Counted from the stretch's first letter, positions 1 to 11,424 are shown. The stretch is 57,302 bases of DNA from an uncultured Candidatus Saccharibacteria bacterium (GCA_964652615.1 CAZZAT010000003.1:1-57302); one strand, 5' to 3'. The notes: a model not told the origin generated them from the letters alone. Made by a program: numbers and translations.

Positions 1-7
1 TCCACAT

Positions 8-178
8 ATGATCTTACTCACTATATTCATTTTAATAGGTTTAGCTTGTCTTCTTGCCGTAATTGGTTACGTTACAGGTCAGGATGTACAGGAGTTTGTT
101 GGTAAGGGTCTTATCGCCATTTTTGCGTTCGCTTTTGTAGCGTTTGTTGGGTTCGTCGCCTGGAGCGTACTTGCGTAA
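8..178 (+). CDS. small hydrophobic membrane protein (56 aa), hypothetical
   Basis: Manual translation ATG8-TAA178: MILLTIFILIGLACLLAVIGYVTGQDVQEFVGKGLIAIFAFAFVAFVGFVAWSVLA, two hydrophobic segments; below the ORF-track cutoff. Confidence 0.55.
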   Translation: MILLTIFILIGLACLLAVIGYVTGQDVQEFVGKGLIAIFAFAFVAFVGFVAWSVLA

Positions 179-300
179 GCACTCTTCTGCACAACAACGA
201 TGGTAGTACCCAGGCTACAAGTGAAGCAATTGTGAATCATATTCGCACTGAGTTTGGAGAAGATTCAGCAACTCAAGGTCTAAGTCCACTTTATTACTTA

Positions 301-334
301 AAGGGCCGCTGCATTCTCGCAGCGGCCCTTTCTT
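301..334 (-). terminator. intrinsic terminator hairpin
   Basis: AAGGGCCGCTGC-attctc-GCAGCGGCCCTT 12-bp inverted repeat at the 3' end of the minus-strand gene 333-1025. Confidence 0.7.
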
Positions 335-1025
335 ATACCTCCCTATACACATACACCGGCCGTACAATTCGAAATGAATCGAGCGGCAAGTCTTGTTCGC
401 GTTTCCAGTGCTCGGCCATCTTCTTGAGCGTGAGATACCGATTCCATTGGTGTGCTCTCTCGAAAGAGAGTTTCGAATGCACCTCTGGATCTAGTATGCG
501 CTCGAGCTCCGCTTCAGTTGCAACAATGACGCGGATCTTCCTGCTTTTAATGCCGTCATGCTTTTCATAGCTTACGGCTAGAAGATACGTATCTACGATG
601 ACCGATCTGCCGCTCTGCCATGCAGCAACCCCATCAGGGTACTGCATAGAGAAGCCATTGATGAGCTTTGGTTGCAGCACGTCCATGTCTGCTTCCGCCA
701 TGCAAAGGAAGGGGTCGCTCTTCTTTGTGAAAAGAAACGCCTTCATGAGCTTCAGGCGAAATGCAGGATTTGCGGGAAGCAAATCGCCAAGCGGCAGCTC
801 GAGAAAGGTGCGCAGGTGCAGCTCCCATCCGCCAGCTGTCTTGACGATGCGGTTTGCAGTATAGGTCACATGGTCGTTGAAGCTCTTCGTGAGATAGAGA
901 ATGACGACGATGAGGATAGTGGCAATAGCGAAGGGTGCCCACAGCAAGAATGCAGCGAGAAATGCCGCAGCTGAGGCACTCATGTTCAGGTGTTCGACAA
1001 GGAACAGGGCAAGTGGTTCTTCCAT
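333..1025 (-). CDS. hypothetical membrane-anchored protein (230 aa)
   Basis: Long ORF with strong SD (GAGGAG) upstream, N-terminal TM segment and own terminator; no family recognised. Confidence 0.75.
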   Translation of the reverse strand: MEEPLALFLVEHLNMSASAAAFLAAFLLWAPFAIATILIVVILYLTKSFNDHVTYTANRIVKTAGGWELHLRTFLELPLGDLLPANPAFRLKLMKAFLFTKKSDPFLCMAEADMDVLQPKLINGFSMQYPDGVAAWQSGRSVIVDTYLLAVSYEKHDGIKSRKIRVIVATEAELERILDPEVHSKLSFERAHQWNRYLTLKKMAEHWKREQDLPLDSFRIVRPVYVYREV

Positions 1026-1144
1026 AACAATCTCCTCTTGCGGTGAGTGGAAAATACCACGATTTCTTTAATTGGCAATGTCGTGCAGTCTCATATGAAT
1101 CTTTTTATCTGATACAATTGATTACGTATAAGCACAGTAAACAT

Positions 1145-1546
1145 ATGTCTGAAAAATTCTTTCGATGGCCAAGAACTAAGATTGAATCAGGCGAACAAGC
1201 CATAGCTATTGCTCGTGCAGAAACTGAGTTGGCGAATGTGTTAGACGAGCTTGCCGGGCGCTTGGAAAATGCAAGAAGAGAGGGGGCTAAAATAAACCTA
1301 GAAGCATTAAAGGAAGAAATTGAACTAAAGCTTCAAAGTACAGCCATGCTCGCTACGAAGTACGGTTTCATAAAGTTTGCCGAATATCTTTCGTACGGCA
1401 CTGTTGCCACGGGAGCAGCCAGTGCATTTTTTGGGAATATTCTCGGCCTCTTTAATGCTGGTTTTTTCTTGTCTATAGCGATATATCTAAGAAAAGAAGC
1501 CAAAGCTGTGCAAGAAGAGCTAGAGAAAAGAAAGAGTAATAAATAA
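1145..1546 (+). CDS. hypothetical membrane protein with coiled coil
   Basis: ORF 1043-1546, probable start ATG1145; helical N-part and two C-terminal hydrophobic segments; visibly AT-rich. Confidence 0.65.
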   Translation: MSEKFFRWPRTKIESGEQAIAIARAETELANVLDELAGRLENARREGAKINLEALKEEIELKLQSTAMLATKYGFIKFAEYLSYGTVATGAASAFFGNILGLFNAGFFLSIAIYLRKEAKAVQEELEKRKSNK

Positions 1547-1549
1547 AAC

Positions 1550-1708
1550 ATGACCCAAGACACTCCAGAATCGGTAGAATTTATTATAGAGGAGCTTGAT
1601 GCCTTGAAAAAGAAGGATCCTGAAAAATATCTTGAATTCCTTAATGAGTTCACAAAACAGCTTAAAGATATTAATGCACTATTTGCACAAGAGTCAGAGA
1701 GACAGTAA
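1550..1708 (+). CDS. small hypothetical protein (52 aa)
   Basis: Manual translation MTQDTPESVEFIIEELDALKKKDPEKYLEFLNEFTKQLKDINALFAQESERQ; starts 3 nt after the previous stop. Confidence 0.6.
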   Translation: MTQDTPESVEFIIEELDALKKKDPEKYLEFLNEFTKQLKDINALFAQESERQ

Positions 1709-1729
1709 GTAAGGTGAGTCTGAACGAAG

Positions 1730-1798
1730 AACTTGTGTATGTGTTGGGGATAACTTGTGTATCTCATACACAAGTGGTTGCTAGGATTTGTGTATGAG
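1730..1798. promoter_or_regulatory. candidate LexA operator array (TTGTGTAT repeats; palindrome ACTTGTGTAT-CTC-ATACACAAGT at 1753-1775)
   Basis: Four copies of TTGTGTAT/ATACACAA immediately upstream of and overlapping the lexA start; LexA autoregulation is established. Confidence 0.55.
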
Positions 1799-2483
1799 CC
1801 AAAACGAAGCATTGACGAAAGCACAGGAGGAGACGCTCGCCCTTATACAGCGTTATATAGATACCCATGGATATGCACCTACTCTGGGAGAACTTCAGGC
1901 GGTACTTAAGCTCCGGTCGCTCCGTTCCGTCACCCAAAGAATCGAAGCGCTTGAACGCAAAGGCTTCATCGCGCGAGATAGATTTCAGCGTCGTGGCCTC
2001 AAAGTCGTGGGAACGATGAAGAGCCAGTACGTCCCTTCAGGGTTTGTCGCTGTTCCTGTCATCGCTTCTGCCGGCTGCGACGCCATGGAGGTATATGCGC
2101 AGGATGAGTTCGGAGAGTTTATTGCGGTTGATAAGGCGCTTCTTGGCCGTGCGACCTCTATAGCCGCTATAAAGGCCGTAGGAGACTCTATGCAGGACGC
2201 AGGCATACAGGATGGGGATCATGTGATCGTGGAAGTCACTGACCGTGTAGAGACAGGGGATCGCGTTGTTGCCATCATTGGGAATATGGCGGTCATTAAG
2301 AGACTCGAGCAGCAGAAGGGCTTTACGCTTCTTCATCCTGAAAACAAAGAAGGCGACTACCGCCCCATAGTCGTAAAGCAGGAAGACTCAAAGATATTTG
2401 GCAAAGTACTCTCGGTTATTCCAAACCAAGAGTGGGTAGATGAAGTGAAGATTGAATACTACGACGGGTTTGGGCCAAGATAA
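1794..2483 (+). CDS. lexA: LexA SOS repressor
   Basis: N-terminal wHTH (GYAPTLGELQ...SVTQRIEALERKGFI), Ala-Gly cleavage site (ASAGC), S24 peptidase Ser (GDSM) and Lys (VIKR). Confidence 0.92.
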   Translation: MSQNEALTKAQEETLALIQRYIDTHGYAPTLGELQAVLKLRSLRSVTQRIEALERKGFIARDRFQRRGLKVVGTMKSQYVPSGFVAVPVIASAGCDAMEVYAQDEFGEFIAVDKALLGRATSIAAIKAVGDSMQDAGIQDGDHVIVEVTDRVETGDRVVAIIGNMAVIKRLEQQKGFTLLHPENKEGDYRPIVVKQEDSKIFGKVLSVIPNQEWVDEVKIEYYDGFGPR

Positions 2484-2496
2484 CCTCATAGAGTCT

Positions 2497-2736
2497 ATGA
2501 ACATAAAATACGACACCGTCGCAGACGCAATCTATGTGGCTATGACGCAGGCTAAAGTAGCAAAGACACTGAAGGTCAGTGAGAACCTCATGCTTGATGT
2601 TGATGCGGAAGGAAATACGGTTGGACTCGAGATATTGGAGGCTTCGTCTCAAGAAGAACTTGTAGAAAACATACGCCGCAATGCTGCACACGGCATCCCT
2701 GTGTCTATTGAGTCCAGTACTCCGGTAATAGCCTAG
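2497..2736 (+). CDS. DUF2283 domain protein
   Basis: KYDTVADAIYV...LDVDAEGNTVGLEILEAS matches the DUF2283 pattern. Confidence 0.8.
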   Translation: MNIKYDTVADAIYVAMTQAKVAKTLKVSENLMLDVDAEGNTVGLEILEASSQEELVENIRRNAAHGIPVSIESSTPVIA

Positions 2737-2761
2737 GTAGAAACCAGCAAAAGGATAAAAG

Positions 2762-2787
2762 CAAAAACCGCCCCTACGGGCGGCTTA
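2762..2787. terminator. hairpin terminator between convergent genes
   Basis: AAAAA-CCGCCC-ctac-GGGCGG. Confidence 0.55.
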
Positions 2788-2807
2788 TGCTGCAAGCCTT
2801 ACTTCGC

Positions 2808-3065
2808 TTACTTAAGGTGAGCAGAAACGAGCTTGGTCATTTCGAACATTGTGACCTCGCCCTTACCTCCAAAGACTGCCTTAAGCTTGTCATCCGCGAG
2901 GATGTTGCGCTTATTGGAAGGATTCTGGAGGTCGTGCTTCTTAATGTAGACCCAAATCTGCTTAACGACTTCTGAACGGGGCATCGGGCCCTTGCCGACG
3001 ACGGCTTCAAGCTCGGGAGAAAGTTGCATTGGCTTTGTAAGGGCCGGATTGAGTGCTCTAGGCAT
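2808..3065 (-). CDS. SWIB/MDM2 domain protein
   Basis: LSPELEAVVGKGPMPRSEVVKQIWVYIKKHDLQNPSNKRNILADDKLKAVFG is a typical stand-alone SWIB domain. Confidence 0.92.
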   Translation of the reverse strand: MPRALNPALTKPMQLSPELEAVVGKGPMPRSEVVKQIWVYIKKHDLQNPSNKRNILADDKLKAVFGGKGEVTMFEMTKLVSAHLK

Positions 3066-3182
3066 GAATTAAGGTTAGTTTACTGTCAAATGAAGTTGAC
3101 GAGAGGGATTATACCACAAAGGGGGTATTCTGTCCGCTGTCGAGAGGGGTGTGTTGATAGGGCTTTATGGTAGATTTTGGAG

Positions 3183-3623
3183 ATGAAAGCAAAGGCAAAA
3201 CCACTTTTTGTGGAGAGCATTACGGCATGGATAGGCTCCGTGCCCTCTCTCATCGCGCACACGCTAGTCTTTATCGGCGCCTTTGTAGCGGGGGCTTTGG
3301 GGCTTGAATCATGGGAACTCATTCTTCTTGTCCTTACGACCATCGTTTCCCTTGAGGCCATATACCTCGCTATCTTCATTCAGATGACGGTGAATAGAAA
3401 TACCGAGTCTCTTAAAGAGGTGGAAGAGGATATTGATGAGATTCAGGAGGATGTTGAAGAGCTCTCTGAAGATCTTGATGAAATTCAAGAAGACATTGAG
3501 GAAATCCAAGAGGATGAGGATGCTGATGATACGCGTAAGGCTGACCAGAAGAAAACACTCGAGCAGCTCACTGGAGACGTACGCCGTATTCTGGAAGACC
3601 TCGAAGCGCTGAAGAATAAGTAG
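3183..3623 (+). CDS. DUF1003-family membrane protein with acidic coiled-coil tail
   Basis: LLVLTTIVSLEAIYLAIFIQMTVNR motif, two TMs, heptad acidic repeat. Confidence 0.75.
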   Translation: MKAKAKPLFVESITAWIGSVPSLIAHTLVFIGAFVAGALGLESWELILLVLTTIVSLEAIYLAIFIQMTVNRNTESLKEVEEDIDEIQEDVEELSEDLDEIQEDIEEIQEDEDADDTRKADQKKTLEQLTGDVRRILEDLEALKNK

Positions 3624-3691
3624 TTTTGCCCCTTAGGTACCCGTCTGCTACGATAGGGGTAACACCCGAGCAGGGTTATTTTCATGTATAT

Positions 3692-4492
3692 ATGGCGGTC
3701 GAGCACGATGCAGTAGCTACAGGAACCGCGGCAGAGCATGCCGCGGAGGCTTCTCATGGAGGTATTCATGTGGTCTTGAAGGCCGAAGAGCTTTGGAATA
3801 TCGCAGGATTTCCCATCACCAATTCTCTCCTGATGACGTGGATTACGATGGCAGTCTTAATTGCCTTCGCTTTCTTTATGCGAAGCCGCCTTGCCCTTAT
3901 TCCTGGCAAGCTTCAGGCAGGAGTAGAGTGGCTTTTCCAAGGCGTCTTGAACTATATGTCCGAGACTCTTGAGAATGAGAAGCTTGCTCGCCGCTTCTTC
4001 CCGCTCATCATGACGATATTCTTGTTTGTCTTTGTTGCAAACGAGTTAGCCTTTCTCCCGGGCATTGGTTCCATTATGGTAGGTGATATTCCGCTTCTGC
4101 GCCCTGCGTCTGCAGACCTTAATATGACGCTTGCGCTCGCTATCATCTCCTTCCTTACCATTGAAATCACCGGAGTTGCCGTGCTTGGTTTTTTCAAATA
4201 CGCAGGGAAGTATGTTAACTTCAAATCACCGGTAGACTTTGTGGTGGGCATCATCGAGCTCATCTCGAACGTTGGGCGTCTCATTTCGTTCTCGTTCCGT
4301 CTCTTCGGTAATGTGTTTGCAGGAGAGGTGATGATTGTCGTGGCGATGTTCTTCGCCGCGTACCTCCTGCCGCTTCCCCTGATTGCCTTCGAAGTATTCG
4401 TGGGCTTCATTCAGGCGGTAGTGTTTGCGATGCTTACGTTGTTCTTCATCAAGCTCGCTATCATGGAGCCGCATGGGGAGGAAGCGCACTAG
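3692..4492 (+). CDS. atpB: F0 ATP synthase subunit a
   Basis: SFRLFGNVFAGE with conserved Arg; FIQAVVFAMLT; first gene of the atp operon. Confidence 0.96.
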   Translation: MAVEHDAVATGTAAEHAAEASHGGIHVVLKAEELWNIAGFPITNSLLMTWITMAVLIAFAFFMRSRLALIPGKLQAGVEWLFQGVLNYMSETLENEKLARRFFPLIMTIFLFVFVANELAFLPGIGSIMVGDIPLLRPASADLNMTLALAIISFLTIEITGVAVLGFFKYAGKYVNFKSPVDFVVGIIELISNVGRLISFSFRLFGNVFAGEVMIVVAMFFAAYLLPLPLIAFEVFVGFIQAVVFAMLTLFFIKLAIMEPHGEEAH

Positions 4493-4540
4493 CGCTGCCC
4501 CTCCATGCGGTTCCGGGATGGAATCATTATAAGCAGTTAA

Positions 4541-4780
<240 letters not shown>

Positions 4781-4787
4781 ACACACA

Positions 4788-5234
4788 ATGGACGCGCTTC
4801 TTCACGCATTTGGCATAGACTGGAAGCTCTTAATCGCGCAAGCGGTTAACTTCGGCATACTCTTTGTAGCGCTGTGGTTGCTTTTGTATAAGCCAGTGAT
4901 GAAGACTCTGGACGAGCGCCAGAAGCTTGTCGAAAAAGGCGTGCAAGATGCCAAAGAAGCCCAGGTGAAGCGTGAAAACGCTGACACTGAAGCTGCGAGC
5001 ATTATTGGCACTGCAGACAAAGAAGCGGAAGAGCTTGTACGCAATGCGCGCATGAGTGCTGCCGAAGAGAAGCAGCGTCTGGTAGCGGAAGCACAGATGC
5101 GTGCGGATCAGATAGCGAAAGATGCGCAGGCGAGAGCTACGGAAGAAGTAGCGAAAGCAAAGCGCGAAAGCGAAAAGGATATCGCTCGCCTTGCGCTTCT
5201 TGCTGCGGAGAAGGTGCTACGCGAAAAAGCATGA
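4788..5234 (+). CDS. atpF: F0 ATP synthase subunit b
   Basis: FGIDWKLLIAQAVNF TM anchor, YKPV..LDERQ, long coiled coil. Confidence 0.95.
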   Translation: MDALLHAFGIDWKLLIAQAVNFGILFVALWLLLYKPVMKTLDERQKLVEKGVQDAKEAQVKRENADTEAASIIGTADKEAEELVRNARMSAAEEKQRLVAEAQMRADQIAKDAQARATEEVAKAKRESEKDIARLALLAAEKVLREKA

Positions 5235-5602
5235 AAGACACCTACACACGACTTCTAGAGGTTGCTGCGGAATCAAAAGACCAGAAGGTTGCTGAAGAGG
5301 CGGTTATAAAGCTTGTGCATCACTTGCGAAGCGTTGGGAGACTCAAGATGCTTCCTTCGATAGCTTCCGAGCTTCGTCTTATCGAAGCGCGCCGCAAAGC
5401 GCTTCGCCCTACCGTTGAAGTTGCACGCAAGGAAGACGCAGAGTACGGACTCAAAGAAGCCAAAGCGCACGGCATAGAAACCAAGGAAGCGATAGTAAAC
5501 ACTTCCCTTATTTCCGGATGGCGAGGAAGCTACAAAGGCATGCTCGTGGATCGCACCGGTAAGCGTTCACTCATCGATATTTATAAGAATGTTACTTCGT
5601 AA
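5231..5602 (+). CDS. atpH: F1 subunit delta (short form)
   Basis: Operon position between b and alpha; C-terminal SLISGW...VDRTG motif resembles the delta/OSCP C-domain. Confidence 0.8.
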   Translation: MKDTYTRLLEVAAESKDQKVAEEAVIKLVHHLRSVGRLKMLPSIASELRLIEARRKALRPTVEVARKEDAEYGLKEAKAHGIETKEAIVNTSLISGWRGSYKGMLVDRTGKRSLIDIYKNVTS

Positions 5603-5604
5603 TC

Positions 5605-7152
5605 ATGGACAGCATCATTAAGCAGATAGAGAAGGAGATAGCCGCCTTTGCACCAACTCAAGGCGCAGAGGAGACGGGCGTTGTGCGCGCTGCCGGAGAC
5701 GGCATCGCAGAAATCGATGGCCTCGGTAATGCGCTCATGAGCGAAATGGTGCTTTTTGATGCAACCTTCGATCGCACTCTTGAAGAAGCTCTGAAAGACA
5801 GCGCCCCTATCTACGGCCTTCTCTTGAACCTTGAAGAGGATGGTGTGCGCGCTGCTATTTTGGGAGATGCGTCCAAAGTATATGAAGGCATGTTGGTTCG
5901 CCGTCTTGGGAAACTCCTTTCTCTTCCTGTGGGAGACTCGCTTATCGGCCGTGTCGTTAATCCGCTTGGTGAAGCGGTAGATGGCAAGGGCCCAACGGGG
6001 GCAACGAAGTTCGTTCCTATCGAGCGTGAAGCCTACGGCGTTATCGACCGTTCTCCCGTAAACGTGCCGCTTCACACGGGCATCAAAGCCATTGATGCCA
6101 TGATTCCAATTGGACGCGGCCAACGCGAGCTTATCATCGGCGACCGCGGTGTTGGTAAGACGACAATCGCTATCGATACCATTTTGAACCAGAAGTCAGA
6201 GCCGAAAGAAACTCGCCCTATCTGTATCTATGTCGCTATCGGCCAAAAGGAGAGTAAGACGGCAAAAATTGTTGCAGAACTGCAGGAGAAAGGAGCGATG
6301 GAGTACACGATTGTCGTTACAGCGCCTGCGTCTGCTCCTGCCGCCTATCAGTTCCTTGCACCGTTTGCCGGAGCAGCTATTGGCGAGCATTTCATGGAAG
6401 CTGGCAAAGATGCGCTCGTTATCTATGACGACCTCTCAAAGCAGGCGGTTGCCTATCGCCAGCTTTCTCTTCTTCTTCGTCGCCCGCCAGGACGCGAAGC
6501 ATATCCTGGCGATATCTTCTATCTCCACTCCCGTCTTCTTGAGCGAGCGGCAAAGCTTTCGAAAGAAAAGGGCGGCGGCTCTTTGACGGCACTTCCTATT
6601 ATTGAAACTCAAGAGGGTGACGTCTCTGCCTACATCCCGACCAACGTCATCTCGATTACGGACGGGCAGATCTTCCTCATCTCGGATCTCTTCAACAAAG
6701 GCATGCGCCCCGCAATTGATGTTGGTATCTCGGTGTCGCGCGTGGGAAGCTCGGCGCAGACAAAAGCGATGAAGAAGGTGTCGGGAAAGATTAAGCTTGA
6801 ACTCGCGCAGTTTCGAGAGCTTGAAGCCTTCATGCAGTTCTCCTCTGATCTTGATGAAGACACGAAGAAGCGTATCGATTCAGGACGCCGCATGACCGAA
6901 GTACTAAAGCAAGGCAACGGCAAGCCGCTCGCCTTTGAAATGGAAGCTGCAATTATCTTTGCAGCGGTAAACGGGTACTTCGATGCGCTTCCACCTGAAG
7001 ATGTTTCAAAAGCAGAACGCTCACTCCAAGACTATCTTTCTCGCGAGGCGGGAGACGCACTTGCTGCTATACGTGAGAAGAAAGAAATCGGAGAAGAAAC
7101 AGAAGCTCTGCTTCGCAAGGTGCTTGATGCGTTTGCTGCCCGTCAGAAGTAG
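5605..7152 (+). CDS. atpA: F1 subunit alpha
   Basis: [40 protein letters not shown]. Confidence 0.99.
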   Translation: MDSIIKQIEKEIAAFAPTQGAEETGVVRAAGDGIAEIDGLGNALMSEMVLFDATFDRTLEEALKDSAPIYGLLLNLEEDGVRAAILGDASKVYEGMLVRRLGKLLSLPVGDSLIGRVVNPLGEAVDGKGPTGATKFVPIEREAYGVIDRSPVNVPLHTGIKAIDAMIPIGRGQRELIIGDRGVGKTTIAIDTILNQKSEPKETRPICIYVAIGQKESKTAKIVAELQEKGAMEYTIVVTAPASAPAAYQFLAPFAGAAIGEHFMEAGKDALVIYDDLSKQAVAYRQLSLLLRRPPGREAYPGDIFYLHSRLLERAAKLSKEKGGGSLTALPIIETQEGDVSAYIPTNVISITDGQIFLISDLFNKGMRPAIDVGISVSRVGSSAQTKAMKKVSGKIKLELAQFRELEAFMQFSSDLDEDTKKRIDSGRRMTEVLKQGNGKPLAFEMEAAIIFAAVNGYFDALPPEDVSKAERSLQDYLSREAGDALAAIREKKEIGEETEALLRKVLDAFAARQK

Positions 7153-7157
7153 TACCT

Positions 7158-8066
7158 ATGGCTCTCAAGGATATTAAATCAAAGATTGCAGCGACGAAGC
7201 GGATGAATACCGTGACGCGCGCTATGGAAGCGGTGTCTGCCGTGAAGATGCGCAAGACGCAAGCCGCAGCATTTGCGGGGCGTCCGTATGCGCGTGCGGC
7301 GCTCTCCATTCTTGCACGCCTTTCAGGAACCGATGAAGTGCTTCGCCATCCGCTTGCAACAAAGCGCGATGCGAAACGCTTTGCACTCATCGTTATTACA
7401 AGCGATAAAGGGCTTGCCGGAGCGCTCAATTCAGGCGTCTTGAAGGCTGCTACTGAATATGTAGCCGCAAAAGAGATAGAGGCGGTAACGGTGTACGCGA
7501 TTGGCAAGAAGGGGCAGGAATATTTCTCTCGTCGCGGATATACGCTTGGTGCCTCCTATGACAACAAACGCGATGCTATCGAGCTTTCGGTTCTCGAAGC
7601 GCTTTCACACGAGGTGTCGGACGGTTTTGCTAAAGGCGCATACGATGAAGTGGTCGTTTGCTATAGCAACTTCAAGTCTACTTTTGAGCAGTTTCCAACA
7701 TTGCGCACCCTTCTTCCGCTTTCAGTAGAAGGCGTGCAGGAGCTTGTTGATGATATTCGCCCAGTAAAAGGAAAGGATGCAGCTTCTGTTGCAGTTTCCG
7801 CTCCCGCGTCCTATACCATCGAGTCGAGCGGAGATGACATTCTCGGTATTCTCGTTCCAAAACTGGTCGCTTCCTCCCTCTATCACATGCTTCTTGAAGC
7901 AAAAGCATCAGAACACTCTGCCCGCATGGTTGCCATGAAGAGCGCGTCTGATAAGTCAAAGGAGGTCGCACGCGATTTGACGCGCGTGTATAACAAGATT
8001 CGACAGGCAGCTATTACGCGGGAAGTTTCGGAAATTGTAGGAGGACGTGAAGCATTAGCGGCATGA
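7158..8066 (+). CDS. atpG: F1 subunit gamma
   Basis: ITSDKGLAGALN, SEHSARMVAM, RQAAITREVSEIV. Confidence 0.98.
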   Translation: MALKDIKSKIAATKRMNTVTRAMEAVSAVKMRKTQAAAFAGRPYARAALSILARLSGTDEVLRHPLATKRDAKRFALIVITSDKGLAGALNSGVLKAATEYVAAKEIEAVTVYAIGKKGQEYFSRRGYTLGASYDNKRDAIELSVLEALSHEVSDGFAKGAYDEVVVCYSNFKSTFEQFPTLRTLLPLSVEGVQELVDDIRPVKGKDAASVAVSAPASYTIESSGDDILGILVPKLVASSLYHMLLEAKASEHSARMVAMKSASDKSKEVARDLTRVYNKIRQAAITREVSEIVGGREALAA

Positions 8067-8067
8067 T

Positions 8068-9788
<1,721 letters not shown>

Positions 9789-9792
9789 GCGC

Positions 9793-10041
9793 ATGAAGAA
9801 GACCTTTCATCTCACCGTAGCAAAGGTTGGCGAGAACCTATATGAAGGCGAGGCGCTTGCCGTACACCTTCCAGGAAGTGAAGGAGACTTCACGGTGCTT
9901 GCAGGACACGAAGCATTTGTTTCTGAACTGAAAGAAGGAACAGCGTGCATCGAAACACCAGAAGGAGAGGTGCGCGAGGTTGCGATTACCGGGAGCGGCG
10001 TTGCAGAAGTGTCAGAAGGACAAGCAACCATACTTCTCTAG
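9793..10041 (+). CDS. atpC: F1 subunit epsilon, N-terminal beta-sandwich only
   Basis: LPGSEGDFTVLAGHEAF motif; ends at 82 aa without the C-terminal helices. Confidence 0.9.
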   Translation: MKKTFHLTVAKVGENLYEGEALAVHLPGSEGDFTVLAGHEAFVSELKEGTACIETPEGEVREVAITGSGVAEVSEGQATILL

Positions 10042-10103
10042 ATACTCTAGAGAGAGTGTGTTATAACACCAGCGGAACCTGCCAGAGACAAGGAGGCAGA
10101 GAG

Positions 10104-10706
10104 GTGACCTTTTCAACACATAGAACAGGACTGCGTCCTGCCAGTTGCTTGTTTATTGACGAGCCAAATTGTGGGAGAGAACAGCTCAATTGGAAACGAG
10201 TGAGCAACTATATGCTTCGCACGAAGCGGGACTTCGACCACACAGATATGTACTTTGCCGCAGCATACTCGCGCGTAGACACACGTGCCGTAGATGTGCA
10301 GTATTGGATTGACCGTACCTTTGCAAAGTTCGGTCGACACATGACGTACGTTGACCCAGTGGAGTTTTCAGTCATCGCAAGAGCTAATAAGGACATCGAT
10401 TCGCTCATTGTGAACGATATGTGGAAATCAGTCGTGAACTTTGAGAAATCGACGCTTGAAAAAGCAGGCATGGATGTCTACCCACTTCAGATGCGCTTCG
10501 TGCTGTTTTCAGGCGATGGCGACTATCTGGACACGTATGATGCGATACAAGACGCATTCGGAGAGCGACTTGAACTTGAGCTCATCGTGTATGCGTGGCG
10601 TGAAAAACTAAACACTGTGCTGCGCAGGATGGCTTCTGAAGTCCGCTACTTGGACGACATCCCAGACCTGTTTCTCCAAAACGAACCACAACGAACCGCC
10701 CCCTAG
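10104..10706 (+). CDS. NYN (LabA/DUF88-like, PIN-fold) domain protein 1
   Basis: LFIDEPN, KDIDSLI, LFSGDGDY, AWREKLNTVLRRMA motifs; GTG start after AGGAGG. Confidence 0.75.
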   Translation: MTFSTHRTGLRPASCLFIDEPNCGREQLNWKRVSNYMLRTKRDFDHTDMYFAAAYSRVDTRAVDVQYWIDRTFAKFGRHMTYVDPVEFSVIARANKDIDSLIVNDMWKSVVNFEKSTLEKAGMDVYPLQMRFVLFSGDGDYLDTYDAIQDAFGERLELELIVYAWREKLNTVLRRMASEVRYLDDIPDLFLQNEPQRTAP

Positions 10707-10737
10707 CATCAATCGCGATGCAGGGGGTGGTTTTTCA
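10697..10737 (+). terminator. intrinsic terminator
   Basis: CCGCCCCCT-AGCATC...GATGC-AGGGGGTGG followed by TTTTT. Confidence 0.6.
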
Positions 10738-10792
10738 TTCAAGCTGTGCTGTGCTACGCTCCGCAAGGATCTGAAAACCTAAGGAGAGCACG

Positions 10793-11419
10793 ATGGCCCT
10801 GTGGTCGTTGTTACAGAGGCTGTTTGGCTTTCGAAGGAGGGTCAAGAAGCTTCCAGAGGTAGTACCACCCCCTGTTCCGAAGGCGCCAGTGCCCAAGAGT
10901 ATGGTGGTGATTGACATTCCAAATATCATCAACAGAGAGGAACCAAAAGACGGCAGGCGCAGTATGCGTGTGCGATGGGACTTTTTGCGCATGTATATCG
11001 CCAAAGAGCTATCTGGGACAGAGTGCGTCTTTAAAAAGGCGTACAGCTCCATTCGGACTTCTAGCAAGATCCGTACAGATCTGCTCATACGAGAACGAAG
11101 TATGTGGCTCGAAAACGGCTATCTCTTCAAGAACCATGGCGCAAAAGATATCGACGCCTTCATGCGGCATGACATACAAGAAAATGTTGCGCGGCATTTG
11201 CGCGGCGCCCCAGAAGCATCTATGCATATCGTGCTGGTGTCAGGTGATGGCGGCTACTTGCACGTGCTTCGAGGCCTACTCACACGGTTTCGCGGACGCG
11301 TTCGTATTACCGTAGTAGCCTGGAATCGTAGCCTCAACCGCGCATACTACGGGCTCGGTGAAGGTCATGCGATACAGCTGCTTGATGCATTTCAGGAAGA
11401 GTTTGTTGAAGAGGAATAA
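10793..11419 (+). CDS. NYN domain protein 2
   Basis: VIDIPN, KDIDAFM, LVSGDGGY, VVAWNRSLN motifs; SD AAGGAG. Confidence 0.75.
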   Translation: MALWSLLQRLFGFRRRVKKLPEVVPPPVPKAPVPKSMVVIDIPNIINREEPKDGRRSMRVRWDFLRMYIAKELSGTECVFKKAYSSIRTSSKIRTDLLIRERSMWLENGYLFKNHGAKDIDAFMRHDIQENVARHLRGAPEASMHIVLVSGDGGYLHVLRGLLTRFRGRVRITVVAWNRSLNRAYYGLGEGHAIQLLDAFQEEFVEEE

Positions 11420-11424
11420 CTACT

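Noticed and set aside
232-570. Plus-strand 112-aa ORF
   Set aside because: It overlaps a terminator and the better-supported minus-strand gene; no RBS or motif.
1745-1753. DnaA box / replication origin (TGGGGATAA)
   Set aside because: A single mismatched box with no cluster, no dnaA/dnaN and no evident AT-rich unwinding element.
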